DNA from: Microcoleus sp.
GTDB taxonomy: Bacteria > Cyanobacteriota > Cyanobacteriia > Cyanobacteriales > Microcoleaceae
Direction: 5' to 3'
NCBI GenBank assembly: GCA_052279835.1
Contig: CP181291.1
Coordinates: 3,040,001 to 3,104,000 of the forward strand
DNA: 64,000 bases
Below are positions 1 through 12,199 of the stretch, piece by piece. A program made the position numbers and the translations under genes. Every line of letters starts with the position of its first letter. The first letter of the stretch is position 1. The notes beneath the pieces are model-generated. The model was not told the DNA's origin. It saw only the letters and a program-made list of their open reading frames with translations, and made no database searches.

Positions 1-771
1 CCAGCAGACGACTTGCAATCTCCTGTATGGACCTTACTTTTCCTAACAATTAGTCGCCAGATGGGAGAATACTCCTCCTTGCCTTTCCGACAGTGGCTGG
101 AATCCACCCTAGCCAAAGGTGATTTACGAACTTTTGCGGATGTCAAACAACTGGTAAAAGACCGAGAACTAAAAGTAGTAATATCCAACCTCAGTCGCGG
201 TGAAATGTTGGTAATTCCCGACGATTTACAGCGGAGAGACTCGGCGGATGCTGATGCTTTGTACGAACAGTTGCGACTCAAAAGTGCTGAAGATTTTAGC
301 GTAGCTGAAGCCGTGCGCTTGTCCATGAGTATTCCGCTATTTTTTGAGCCAGGAAAGCTGGGGAATGACATCATTGTAGACGGAGGAATTTTGAGTAATT
401 TCCCGCTATGGATTTATGACAAACAATCCGGTGCAACTCCCATACCGCCGCGCTGGTTTACCTTTGGGTTTCGATTAATTGATACTGGTATTGAGAATCA
501 AGTTAATATTAAAAGTCCCGTGTCGATGTTGTCGGCGATGTTCACCACCATGATGAAAGCCAGAGACAGGTATCACCAGCGGGAGATGGATAAAGGTAGG
601 GTAATTAATATTGACGTGACTGAAGCTGAGGTGACGGCGACTCACTTTAACCTGGATGGCGATCGCAAGGCTAAACTGTATCGGTTAGGATACTTATATA
701 CTAAAAGATTTTTTCTCAGTTCCAATTTTAGTTGGGAAAAACACTTGAAGGCTAGGGGATTTGGAGATTAG
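1..771 (+). CDS. Patatin-like phospholipase family protein, 5'-partial (frame open from window start)
   Basis: AVRLSMSIPLFFEP and the patatin DGG motif (VDGGILSNFP); GxSxG half presumably lies before the window. Confidence 0.8.
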   Translation, partial: PADDLQSPVWTLLFLTISRQMGEYSSLPFRQWLESTLAKGDLRTFADVKQLVKDRELKVVISNLSRGEMLVIPDDLQRRDSADADALYEQLRLKSAEDFSVAEAVRLSMSIPLFFEPGKLGNDIIVDGGILSNFPLWIYDKQSGATPIPPRWFTFGFRLIDTGIENQVNIKSPVSMLSAMFTTMMKARDRYHQREMDKGRVINIDVTEAEVTATHFNLDGDRKAKLYRLGYLYTKRFFLSSNFSWEKHLKARGFGD

Positions 772-800
772 TCCTGTTTCTGTGAGCCATGGAAGCCATC

Positions 801-827
801 AAAAAGGGCTGGTAAATACACCAGCCC
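801..827 (-). terminator. Intrinsic terminator downstream of apcE
   Basis: Minus strand GGGCTGGT-gtattt-ACCAGCCC followed by TTTTT. Confidence 0.65.
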
Positions 828-886
828 AGCCCCTAATTTGAGATGTTAAATTCAAGCTAATTTAACATCTCACATCTCAAATCAAT

Positions 887-3662
<2,776 letters not shown>

Positions 3663-3972
3663 TAGACTCCTTCGCTCCCTATCTAAATCGTTACAGCGTT
3701 TGCTCAGACTAATTTTGCCTTTCCCTAGCTTAAGGTTCCGGCCTACTTACTTTCTCAGATTAAAATGTTTTGGGGTTCATCAACCCTAATTTGTTAAAAA
3801 GCCTGTCGAAACTTATTGTATAGATTTAATAGGGTCTATATGAGAAAAAATGATAAGTTTTATTACAAAAAAGAAGCCACCAGTAAACCCCCAGCCCGGT
3901 TGACTGAGCCTAGGAGTCCTGGTGTCCCTAAATGACTATACTTTACTTTGAATAAAAAAATTCCCTCACATT

Positions 3973-5193
3973 ATGGAAACTTCACCCGATATCAGTGCAG
4001 CCGTGCGTCGGCTTTACGATACATTCCCTTTTCCGCCCGATCCTTTGAGTGATGAACCACCGCCCGGGTACAACTGGCGCTGGAGTTGGCCGGATGCTTA
4101 CAATTTTTGCACCGGCCAAAAGCCGCCAAAACTCGATATTCGGATTTTGGATGCTGGGTGCGGCACCGGTTCTAGTACCGATTATCTGATTCACCTAAAT
4201 CCTGAAGCGTCGGTAACGGCGATCGACCTGAGTTCCGGTGCCTTGAAGGTAGCACAAGAACGCTGTCGGCGATCTGGTGCGCGAGAAGCAGATTTTCGCC
4301 ACCTCAGCATTTATGATGCCGATAGACTCGAAGGCGAGTTCGATTTGATCAACTGCGTGGGCGTGCTGCACCACTTGCCCGATCCGATTCGCGGCATTCA
4401 AGCTTTGGCGGCGAAGTTAGCTCCTGGTGGTTTGATGCACATTTTTGTGTATGCTGAATTAGGCCGCTGGGAAATTCAATTAATGCAAAAGGCGATCGGG
4501 CTTCTTCAAGGCAGCCAAAAAGGCGACTATCCCGATGGCGTCAAAGTCGGCCGTCAAATCTTTGCTTCCCTACCAGAAAACAACCGCCTTGTCAAGTACG
4601 AAAAACAGCGTTGGGCCGGAGAAAATCAGCGAGACGAATGTTTTGCCGATATGTACGTTCACCCCCAGGAAATTGACTACAACATAGACACATTGTTTGA
4701 GTTGATCGACGCTTCGGGATTGGAATTTATCGGTTTTTCTAATCCGGGATATTGGCAATTAGAGCGACTTTTGGCTAAAGCACCGGAATTGATGGAAAGA
4801 GCTCAGGGTTTGACGGAACGGGAGCTTTATCGATTAATTGAATTGTTGGATACAGAAATCACTCATTACGAGTTTTTCTTGGGCAAAAAGCCTGTTAATA
4901 AGATTGATTGGTCGGACGACAAGGCACTTTTGGCGGCAATTCCAGAGTTGAGTGTTTGTATGCACGGTTGGCCGAGTCAACAAGTGTTTGATTGCAACTA
5001 CCAATTGGTGAATTTGTCAAGGGCTGAGTTTGAGTTTTTGCAAGGTTGTGTACCCCCCCCAGCCCCCCCTTGGCAAGGGGGGGAGAAAGAGATACAGAAG
5101 AATGTTGGGGAGATTTTGGCGGATGTAGAGATGGGATTGGATGAAGTGCGATCGATCTTATCAAAACAGCTCATATTGCTGACACCAAGATAA
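3973..5193 (+). CDS. Class I SAM-dependent methyltransferase
   Basis: Motif I ILDAGCGTG; FDLINCVGVLHHLPDP; LAPGG. Confidence 0.88.
   Translation: METSPDISAAVRRLYDTFPFPPDPLSDEPPPGYNWRWSWPDAYNFCTGQKPPKLDIRILDAGCGTGSSTDYLIHLNPEASVTAIDLSSGALKVAQERCRRSGAREADFRHLSIYDADRLEGEFDLINCVGVLHHLPDPIRGIQALAAKLAPGGLMHIFVYAELGRWEIQLMQKAIGLLQGSQKGDYPDGVKVGRQIFASLPENNRLVKYEKQRWAGENQRDECFADMYVHPQEIDYNIDTLFELIDASGLEFIGFSNPGYWQLERLLAKAPELMERAQGLTERELYRLIELLDTEITHYEFFLGKKPVNKIDWSDDKALLAAIPELSVCMHGWPSQQVFDCNYQLVNLSRAEFEFLQGCVPPPAPPWQGGEKEIQKNVGEILADVEMGLDEVRSILSKQLILLTPR
5053..5083. repeat. Short dispersed C-rich/G-rich hairpin repeat (related copies near 10097-10171, 19795-19950, 32851-32876, 38527-38582, 45571-45595)
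   Basis: CCCCCC(T)AGCCCCCCTT-nn-AAGGGGGG-like hairpin recurs through the window. Confidence 0.75.
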
Positions 5194-5375
5194 TTCGGCG
5201 GTTGAAACCGCTTCTTGTCAAACAAAGTCGGCCTCCGCCGACTGAAGATTCGTAGGGTGCGTCAGTTGGCGTTATTTTTGCTAAAATCGAGAATCTACGA
5301 ACTGACGCACCTTACAAGTTTCAGTTACTGACTCCCGGTAAAATCCAAAATCTAAAATCTAAAATCCAAAATCGA

Positions 5376-6119
5376 ATGACTTTTCAATTTCCAACCGCAG
5401 TCAAAGAACGTCTTCAGGCATCGCCATCACAGATAGCCGACTTTTGCCAGCGCTGGAATATTATTGAATTAGCATTATTCGGTTCAATCCTGCGAGATGA
5501 TTTTCGTCCCGATAGTGATATAGACATTCTAGCCAGCTTTGCCCCCAACACTTCCTGGAATCTTTTCGACTTTATCCAAATGCAAGAACAGTTAGAAAGT
5601 ATGTTGGGGCGTGACATAGATTTAACTCAGAAACAACAAATAAATAACCCTTTTAGTCGAAAAGAAATTCTGCGGACTTGTCACATCATCTACTCTGAAA
5701 AGCGCACTATTTCCAGTTTATACTTTTCAATTAAACCAGCCAATATAACTATGCAAGCAGACAATAGAAATCAGGCTGCGCTCTGGGATATGATAGAAGC
5801 AATTAAGCAAATAATGGAGTTTACCGCTAGCTTGTCCTGTGCAGAATACCGAGTAAATAGGATGGTGCAGCGGGCTGTTGAAAGAGAGTTTGAAATTCTC
5901 GGCGAGGCTGCTAGGAGAATTTCGGAGGAATTCCGTCAAGCTAATGCTGATATTGATTGGCGCAATATTATTAATTTGCGGAATATCATTGCTCATCGGT
6001 ACGATCGCGTGGAGCCAGACACTCTCTGGAATATCATTGTCACAGTGCTGCCCGGTTTGCTAAGCCAGTTAGAGTTGCTGCTGCCACCGCTTCCCCCAGA
6101 TGTGGAATTAGCTGATTGA
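5376..6119 (+). CDS. Fused minimal nucleotidyltransferase (MNT) and HEPN/DUF86 RNase, toxin-antitoxin-like
   Basis: N-half FGSILRDDFRPDSDID (GSx10DxD); C-half EREFEILGEAA and RNIIAHRY (Rx4HxY); internal Met at 5751. Confidence 0.85.
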   Translation: MTFQFPTAVKERLQASPSQIADFCQRWNIIELALFGSILRDDFRPDSDIDILASFAPNTSWNLFDFIQMQEQLESMLGRDIDLTQKQQINNPFSRKEILRTCHIIYSEKRTISSLYFSIKPANITMQADNRNQAALWDMIEAIKQIMEFTASLSCAEYRVNRMVQRAVEREFEILGEAARRISEEFRQANADIDWRNIINLRNIIAHRYDRVEPDTLWNIIVTVLPGLLSQLELLLPPLPPDVELAD

Positions 6120-6140
6120 AATTGCTCGTGCTCGTGTGCT

Positions 6141-6253
6141 CGTTCCCAGGCTCCAGCCTGGGAACGCATTCCATGAGGCTCTGCCTCATGTTTTTGTCCG
6201 CTAGCGAGGCAGAGCCTCTGGATCTCGGTTCCCAGGCTAAGGCCTGGGAACCA
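6141..6253. repeat. REP/MITE-like multi-hairpin repeat (copies at 11236-11353 and 14360-14545)
   Basis: GTTCCCAGGC..GCCTGGGAAC, GAGGCTCTGCCTC and GAGGCAGAGCCTC motifs in near-identical arrangement at three loci. Confidence 0.85.
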
Positions 6254-6516
6254 GTTACTCCGTCGAAGTATCCCAAATGGATTGACACAGGCCCCCAAAT
6301 GTGGATACGCTTTGAAATTAGAGGTTGCTTTGCTTGTAAAGGAAGTAGCCCGCGTCCCCTCCGCTTCGCTCCGCCCAAAAATCTAGTTGCACTCCCTCCG
6401 CTTCGCTTCGCCCATTGCTGCTGGTAACAGCAATAGACAGCTCACCCCCAAACTGGGACAAGCAGTCTGGAGGCTAACGCAGAGCGAAACCCGATTTCGG
6501 CTGACGCACGGGTGGC

Positions 6517-6582
6517 CAGAAACCGGGTTTTTTTGATAATTGTTGGTTGTGATTCATAGATTCGGGCAAAAACCCGGTTTCT
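6517..6582. repeat. AGAAACCGGGTTTT...AAAACCCGGTTTCT inverted-repeat family (also about 6919-6983, 11662-11727, 23147-23290 as two copies, 59700-59763)
   Basis: Same ~14-bp inverted arms around a ~35-bp variable core at six places. Confidence 0.85.
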
Positions 6583-6651
6583 TGAATTACGCGCGATCGT
6601 AAAAACCGGATTTTTACGATAATTCATTGATGATAATTGAATTAGATTTAC

Positions 6652-6848
6652 CAGTCGGTTTCAACCGACTTTTGCTATGAGACGGGGAATTGATTCCCCG
6701 GCGGTGTTGTGGGTAATGCACAGACTTTTGAATGCGAAAGATTTTGGGTAAGTTCGATAGTTGAATCCCCAAAAAATGTGGGTAAGCCCGACAGTCCGCC
6801 AGGGGTTAAAACCCCCGTCTCATAGCGAAAGTCGGTTGAAACCGACTG
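6652..6848. mobile_element. MITE-like element with ~53-bp terminal inverted repeats
   Basis: CAGTCGGTTTCAACCGACTTTTGCTATGAGACGGGG at left is the near-perfect reverse complement of CCCCGTCTCATAGCGAAAGTCGGTTGAAACCGACTG at right; related arms inside 10270-10476. Confidence 0.65.
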
Positions 6849-7076
6849 ATGAGTTGTTTGGTTTTGGGTGCTCCTTTGCATCGAGCGAAACCCGATTTCG
6901 GCTGACGCACGGGTGGCCAGAAACCGGGTTTTTTCGATAATTCTTGGTTGTGATGCGTAGATGCGGCCAAAAACCCGGTTTCTTTGTCGGAGTGCATAAA
7001 TCCTGTGAACTTTTGGTGTAAGTTAACTCGACACATCCTCCTCCTGAGTGTCGCGTCTTTACTAATTGCGATCGGG

Positions 7077-10013
7077 CTAACTGCTGACAGTATCCTCACC
7101 CAAATTATTGATAGATTCTTGCAGCGAATCACGGTTATCGCGAACCGAATTATCATTAGGAGCAATGACTAAATATTGATTAAATATTTCCAGAGCCTCG
7201 TGCCAATTCTTGAGTGCTTCCTGTTTCTCAGATAATTTTGATTGCAAATTACCGAGACATTGCAGCGCAATCCCTTTGTTATTGAGAGGATTGAGAGAAT
7301 CTGGTGCAATAAGTAAAGCAGAATTATAGGCTGCGATCGCCTCTGAATAAGATAGTTTTGCAGCCTCAAATTGACTTAGCCGTGCTTGCAAATCACCCAA
7401 ATATCGCAGCGCATTCCCTTTGTTGTTGAGAGCAGCGATAGAATCTGGTGCAATAAGTAAAGCAGAATTAAAGGCTGCACTCGCCTCTGAATAAGATAGT
7501 TTTGCCACCTCAAATTCACTTAGCCCTGCTTGCAAATCACCCAGGCTTCGCAGCGCACTCCCTTTGTTGTTGAGAACACGGATATCATCTGGTGCAATAA
7601 GTAAAGCAGAATTAAAAGCTGCGATCGCCTCTGAGTAAGATTGTTTTGCCTCTTCAAATTCACTTAGCTGTGCTTGCAAATCACCCAGACATCGCAGCGC
7701 AATCCCTTTGTTGTTGATAGCCATGAGATAATCCGGTGCAATTCGTAAAGCAGAATTGCAGGAATCGATCGCCTCTGAGTAAGACTGTTTTGCTGCTTTA
7801 AATTCACTTAGCCGTGCTTGCAAATCACCCAGACTTTGCAGCGCACTCCCTTTGTTGTTGAGAACACGGATATCATCTGGTGCAATAAGTAAAGCAGAAT
7901 TCAAGGCACTTATCGCCTCTGAATAAGACTGTTTTGCTGCTTTAAATTCACTTAGCCGTGCTTGCAAATCACCCAGACTTTGCAGCGCATTCCCTTTGTT
8001 GTTGGGAGCAGCGATAGAATCTGGTGCAATAAGTAAAGCAGAATTCAAGGCACTTATCGCCTCTGAGTAAGATTGTTTTGCCTCTTCAAATTCACTTAGA
8101 TTTACCTGTAAATTACCCAGACATTTCAGCGCAATCCCTTTGTTGTTGATCGGAACTTCATTATTATCAGGAGTTAGGACAAGTTCCCGATTGTAAGCTG
8201 CAACTGCCTCGAAATATTCCTGTTTGGCCTCTACATATCGAGCCAACCGAGCATAGTAATCTCCTTCAGATAGCGAAATCTCACCCACCCAAAAGTCACT
8301 TTTAATCCACAACTCATCTCTCACTCCCAGCAGCAACTCGCATTCCCCGTAACGACTCAGCCGCAAAGCTTCATTAAACACCTCTTCCCATTCCTCCACA
8401 CCCCGCTCCCAATCCAAGCGATTAGCATGAAAAATTGCCTCAGCCGCATCCCCCAATTCCCGATAATGCCCCTCCAAAACCTCATGCGCCCTGCGAGTTT
8501 TCGGATTATCCCTTTCCGCATCCAAGCGCCGCAATAAATCATGAATCCGATACCAATTATCCCCCCGCTTCTCCGATTTCCACACAAAGGAAAAACCCGT
8601 CAAAATCTCAAAATTTGCACTACTTGCCTGGAAGTGACAACCCCCTCCCAATTTCACATACAAATCCTGATCAAAAGCGCGGCAAGCACTCAGCGAATGC
8701 ACCGCCGATCGCACTTCGCGATCCACATACAAAAGCAACCGATCCGTTAACTCCGCAGTCTTATTTTCCAACTTCGGAATCCGCGCAAAATCCGACGCCA
8801 GCAACTCAATTCCCCGCCTTCTTTCTGCCAGCACCACATCCGCGCACAAACCCAAATAAAACGGATGTACCTGCAAATTCTCCCAACTCTCATCAGGATT
8901 GACGCTGGCATATTTAATCACAGCATCTGCCAAATCAGCTTTGTCAATCTCCACTTTGTGCAAGTAATCCCTAGCATCTGCGGGAGACAAATGCCACACC
9001 AATTGTTTATCTATATAATCTTCGGGAATCGGAAACTTCGCCGCATTCTGCCACCGCAGTTGTGTGACTGGACACTCTCGCCCCGCCACAGCAACCACAA
9101 TTCCCAATTTGTAATCCAATGCCCTCAACAACCGCCGAAACCACTCATCTTGATACCAAAAAGTTGCGCCTTGAGAATTGCGTTTTTCATCCCACATTTT
9201 CTCGTGAGTATCGAACAGCATCACGAGGCGATCTGGTTTATTTCTGCCAGCCATTGCCGCATTCAAATCCCCGGCAAACAATTTTGGCAAACAGTCGATT
9301 AATTCAGTATCAATATCTTTGCGGCGAATCTCATCCGCCTTTTCATCGCTGACACCCAACCTCGTTTGAATTAATTTCATCGTCCGCTTAATGCCGCCGA
9401 ATTTATCGATTAATTTCAGTCCCGCCGCTACTTGTGACACCACGGGAAATCCGGCAAAGGTTTCAACTACAGGTGTCAAAAAATCAATCAAATCGTTGGG
9501 AAAAAGTTGGTTGAGAGTTGCGTCTGACTCGCCTTTGTTCAGCAAATACCAAAAGCACGCAAAGTCATAATTAGGAAAATTAAATTTATATTTCTTTGCT
9601 GCTTCTGCGATATTTCGCCGCAACATCAGCAAGCCGTAAAATCTATCTTGGGGTTTATCTTCTTTGATGGGAATCAATCCGAAATCGTGTCTGACTGCGG
9701 GGATGGGAGTATAGGTTTTCGGTGCGGCATTGCGGACAAAATTAGCAACTTCGGCGGCTCTTGATTCTGGGAGTGCGCGCCATTGTTGCCAAACTTGAGG
9801 GGAAAATCTTTTGCAGCAGTGATATTCCAAGTGTTTTAGGAGCAATGACTTGCCGTTGCCTCCATCCCCGAAAAAATACAAAATTTGTTCGCGGGGCGGG
9901 TCTTCGTTTAAGTAAGAGGCAAATCGTTGGGTAAATTCGTGTCTGTCTGTGAAGAGTTGCAGTTTGCGATCGTCGCTGATTTCGGTTTGAAAATCTTCGT
10001 CATCAATTGGCAT
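7077..10013 (-). CDS. P-loop NTPase (STAND/AAA-like) fused to C-terminal TPR repeats, NLR-like architecture
   Basis: Walker A GDGGNGKS, Walker B-like LVMLFDTHE, WYRIHDLLR motif; seven 48-aa (144-bp) TPR-like repeats NNKGxALxxLGxLQ. Confidence 0.85.
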   Translation of the reverse strand: MPIDDEDFQTEISDDRKLQLFTDRHEFTQRFASYLNEDPPREQILYFFGDGGNGKSLLLKHLEYHCCKRFSPQVWQQWRALPESRAAEVANFVRNAAPKTYTPIPAVRHDFGLIPIKEDKPQDRFYGLLMLRRNIAEAAKKYKFNFPNYDFACFWYLLNKGESDATLNQLFPNDLIDFLTPVVETFAGFPVVSQVAAGLKLIDKFGGIKRTMKLIQTRLGVSDEKADEIRRKDIDTELIDCLPKLFAGDLNAAMAGRNKPDRLVMLFDTHEKMWDEKRNSQGATFWYQDEWFRRLLRALDYKLGIVVAVAGRECPVTQLRWQNAAKFPIPEDYIDKQLVWHLSPADARDYLHKVEIDKADLADAVIKYASVNPDESWENLQVHPFYLGLCADVVLAERRRGIELLASDFARIPKLENKTAELTDRLLLYVDREVRSAVHSLSACRAFDQDLYVKLGGGCHFQASSANFEILTGFSFVWKSEKRGDNWYRIHDLLRRLDAERDNPKTRRAHEVLEGHYRELGDAAEAIFHANRLDWERGVEEWEEVFNEALRLSRYGECELLLGVRDELWIKSDFWVGEISLSEGDYYARLARYVEAKQEYFEAVAAYNRELVLTPDNNEVPINNKGIALKCLGNLQVNLSEFEEAKQSYSEAISALNSALLIAPDSIAAPNNKGNALQSLGDLQARLSEFKAAKQSYSEAISALNSALLIAPDDIRVLNNKGSALQSLGDLQARLSEFKAAKQSYSEAIDSCNSALRIAPDYLMAINNKGIALRCLGDLQAQLSEFEEAKQSYSEAIAAFNSALLIAPDDIRVLNNKGSALRSLGDLQAGLSEFEVAKLSYSEASAAFNSALLIAPDSIAALNNKGNALRYLGDLQARLSQFEAAKLSYSEAIAAYNSALLIAPDSLNPLNNKGIALQCLGNLQSKLSEKQEALKNWHEALEIFNQYLVIAPNDNSVRDNRDSLQESINNLGEDTVSS

Positions 10014-10269
10014 AATTGTTATTGTTTGGGGGAATTTTATGTTAAGCTGGAGTTGATTTTTATATTAATTTAATGGGTCGTTGCACATATTCCGATCCCC
10101 CTAAATCCCCCTTCATAAGGGGGACTTTGAATGCGCTCTTGTCCCCCCTTACTAAAGGGGGTGAGGGGGGATAAAATTCGGGAGCAGCCTTACAAAAAAT
10201 TGGTATTATCTCTATAGTGTAACAAATATAGCGTATTCCAATTTTGTAGGAAAACGGCACAGTCCATTG

Positions 10270-10476
10270 GTGTCAACTTAAGGTACAACCGATAGTCCGC
10301 CGTTCATTTCAACCCCCGTCTCAAAGCGAAAGTCCTCTCAAAGAGGACTGAAGAGAAGAATTTTCAACTCATTAGTCCTCATAGCGAGGACTTTTGCTAT
10401 TAGACAGGGGTTTCAACCCCTGTCGGACTCGTGAACCCACTAACGGACTTGGCGGGCTGACAGCTTAAGTTGACAC
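10270..10476. mobile_element. MITE-like element
   Basis: Terminal inverted repeats GTGTCAACTTAAG and CTTAAGTTGACAC with internal hairpin repeats. Confidence 0.6.
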
Positions 10477-10714
10477 TCCTTGGGCACTGCGCTTTCCTGA
10501 AAGGCTAGTGGCGATCGATCGCACGTATCCTTCATTAATCTCGAATCTGCTATAAATTATGGCTCTAGGGTTGAAAAAGAGCGATTGGTGGTTGAGGTTG
10601 TTAGTCCCCTGGGAGAATTGGGCGCGATCGCGATTACATTAGCAAACGAGCCCAATATGCAGCGCGCAGCATCCCTATTGCATAATTTTCACTCCCGGTA
10701 AAATCCCAAATGGA

Positions 10715-10950
10715 TTGACACAGGCCCCCAAATGCGGCTACGCTTTGAAGTTAGAGGTTGCTTTGCTTGTAGAGGAAGCAGCCCGCGTCGCCCAAAAATC
10801 TAGTTGCACTGCCCAAAGCTGTTGGTAGCAGCAATGGACAGCATAACCGCCAAACTGGTATCAGCAGTCTGGAGGCTCCGAGAATCTTAACATTCTCTGT
10901 AGCCGCCCTGCTATGTCTTGAAATGCGGGGCGGCTGGGTTTTTGGGTTTT
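10715..10950 (+). promoter_or_regulatory. Sigma70-like promoter plus structured leader ending in a GC hairpin and U-rich tract (partial second copy at about 6282-6476)
   Basis: TTGACA-18-TACGCT; stems GGTTGCTT/AAGCAGCC and GCTG/CAGC kept in both copies; AGCCGCCCTGC..GCGGGGCGGCT then GGGTTTTT. Confidence 0.55.
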
Positions 10951-10982
10951 TCTAGAAAACCCAAAATCAGGAGAACATAATT

Positions 10983-11225
10983 ATGTCACAGGAATGCTTG
11001 CCTGACGACAACAAATTCGATCGTCCAAATGACGACTCAGCAACATCCGAACAAGATGTGGTGTGTGTAACAGTCACAGGTTCGCCCAAGGCTGTCAGGG
11101 AAACTATACTCACCTTGTACCGCCTGGGATTTGCGGAAGTGGGCGATTGGAGTCCCCTACAACGTGCAGCTAATCCGAACCAAGTGATGAGTGTGCTGAT
11201 TCGCCGTCGGAAGCGCAAAGCGTAG
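10983..11225 (+). CDS. Small conserved cyanobacterial hypothetical protein
   Basis: AGGAG RBS; GSPKAV..TI..L..LGFAEVGDWSPL motif recalled from a cyanobacterial small-protein family. Confidence 0.7.
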   Translation: MSQECLPDDNKFDRPNDDSATSEQDVVCVTVTGSPKAVRETILTLYRLGFAEVGDWSPLQRAANPNQVMSVLIRRRKRKA

Positions 11226-11450
11226 GTGTTTGCTCGTTCCCAGGCCTTAGCCTGGGAACGCATTCCATGAGGCTCTGCCTCCTGTTTTTATTTTTATCCG
11301 TTAGCGAGGCAGAGCCTCTGGATCTCGGTTCCCAGGCCTTAGCCTGGGAACCAGTTAAGAAGACCAACTAATATCAGGCACGTTACTTTACTAAATCAGG
11401 ATAAGAGCATATCCTAATTTAGAGGCTGAAACATCTATAAATAAAGCTAG

Positions 11451-11640
11451 GCGGGGAAAATCACAATTGAACCGGGAAAACGCAGTGGCAAACCATGTAT
11501 TCGGGGAATGCGAATCACCGTCTACGACATCTTAGAATATCTCGCAGGTGGCATGACGGAAGCAGAAATTCTGGAAGATTTTTCTGAACTAACTTCGGCA
11601 GACATCAAAGCCTGCCTTGCTTTTGCGACGGATAAATACA
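11451..11640 (+). pseudogene. DUF433 antitoxin-family gene lacking its start codon, running into a repeat at the 3' end
   Basis: Frame reads TAG-AGKITIEPGKRSGKPCIRGMRITVYDILEYLAGGMTEAEILEDF; no start codon before the conserved ITIEPG segment. Confidence 0.7.
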
Positions 11641-11749
11641 ATCCTGGACGCACTCCGACAAAGAAACCGGGTTTTTTACCTAATCTGTTGGTACAACCAA
11701 GTAATTTGGTAAAAAAACCCGGTTTCTGGGCCACGATAATTGCCCTTCC

Positions 11750-12199
11750 CTAATTTATCGCACGTTTAAGAATTTGACCGACAACTCCGTACCTGTCGCC
11801 TGTCAATCCATCCAATTCGTGTTCAACATCTTCCAACCATCCAAGTTTACTTGTCCATTTACCATTAGGTAATTGTCTGGCTGCATGAGTTGGGATACCG
11901 CTAAAGTCAACATATATTGCTATTTTTTGATATCCAGATTCTAATGTATCGACATTACAGATTTCATATCCCAGTGTTTGATAAGCCTGAATATATGCGT
12001 CTAAAGTCTCCTCTTGCGGCACGCCTTCTGGCCAATAGAATTGCTCTCCAGGTATCGGTTGCCACCAGCGATCTTCTTCACCAGCAGCCCACGCAAAACA
12101 GTTATATTCCTGTGACTTTTGGCTAGTAACTCGATAATCAGTGCGAGACAAGTTAGGCCATTTAATTTCAAGTTCTGGTCTTCTATACATTCTATTCAA
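11750..12199 (-). CDS. Hypothetical protein with YNCxAWA / THAA / WTSKLG motifs
   Basis: Overlaps the stop of the upstream gene; Cys...His pattern. Confidence 0.7.
   Translation of the reverse strand: MNRMYRRPELEIKWPNLSRTDYRVTSQKSQEYNCFAWAAGEEDRWWQPIPGEQFYWPEGVPQEETLDAYIQAYQTLGYEICNVDTLESGYQKIAIYVDFSGIPTHAARQLPNGKWTSKLGWLEDVEHELDGLTGDRYGVVGQILKRAIN

Noticed and set aside
5993..7172. Several short ORFs in the repeat-rich spacer
   Set aside because: They translate REP/MITE sequence (WEP, KKPGF peptides) and are not credible genes
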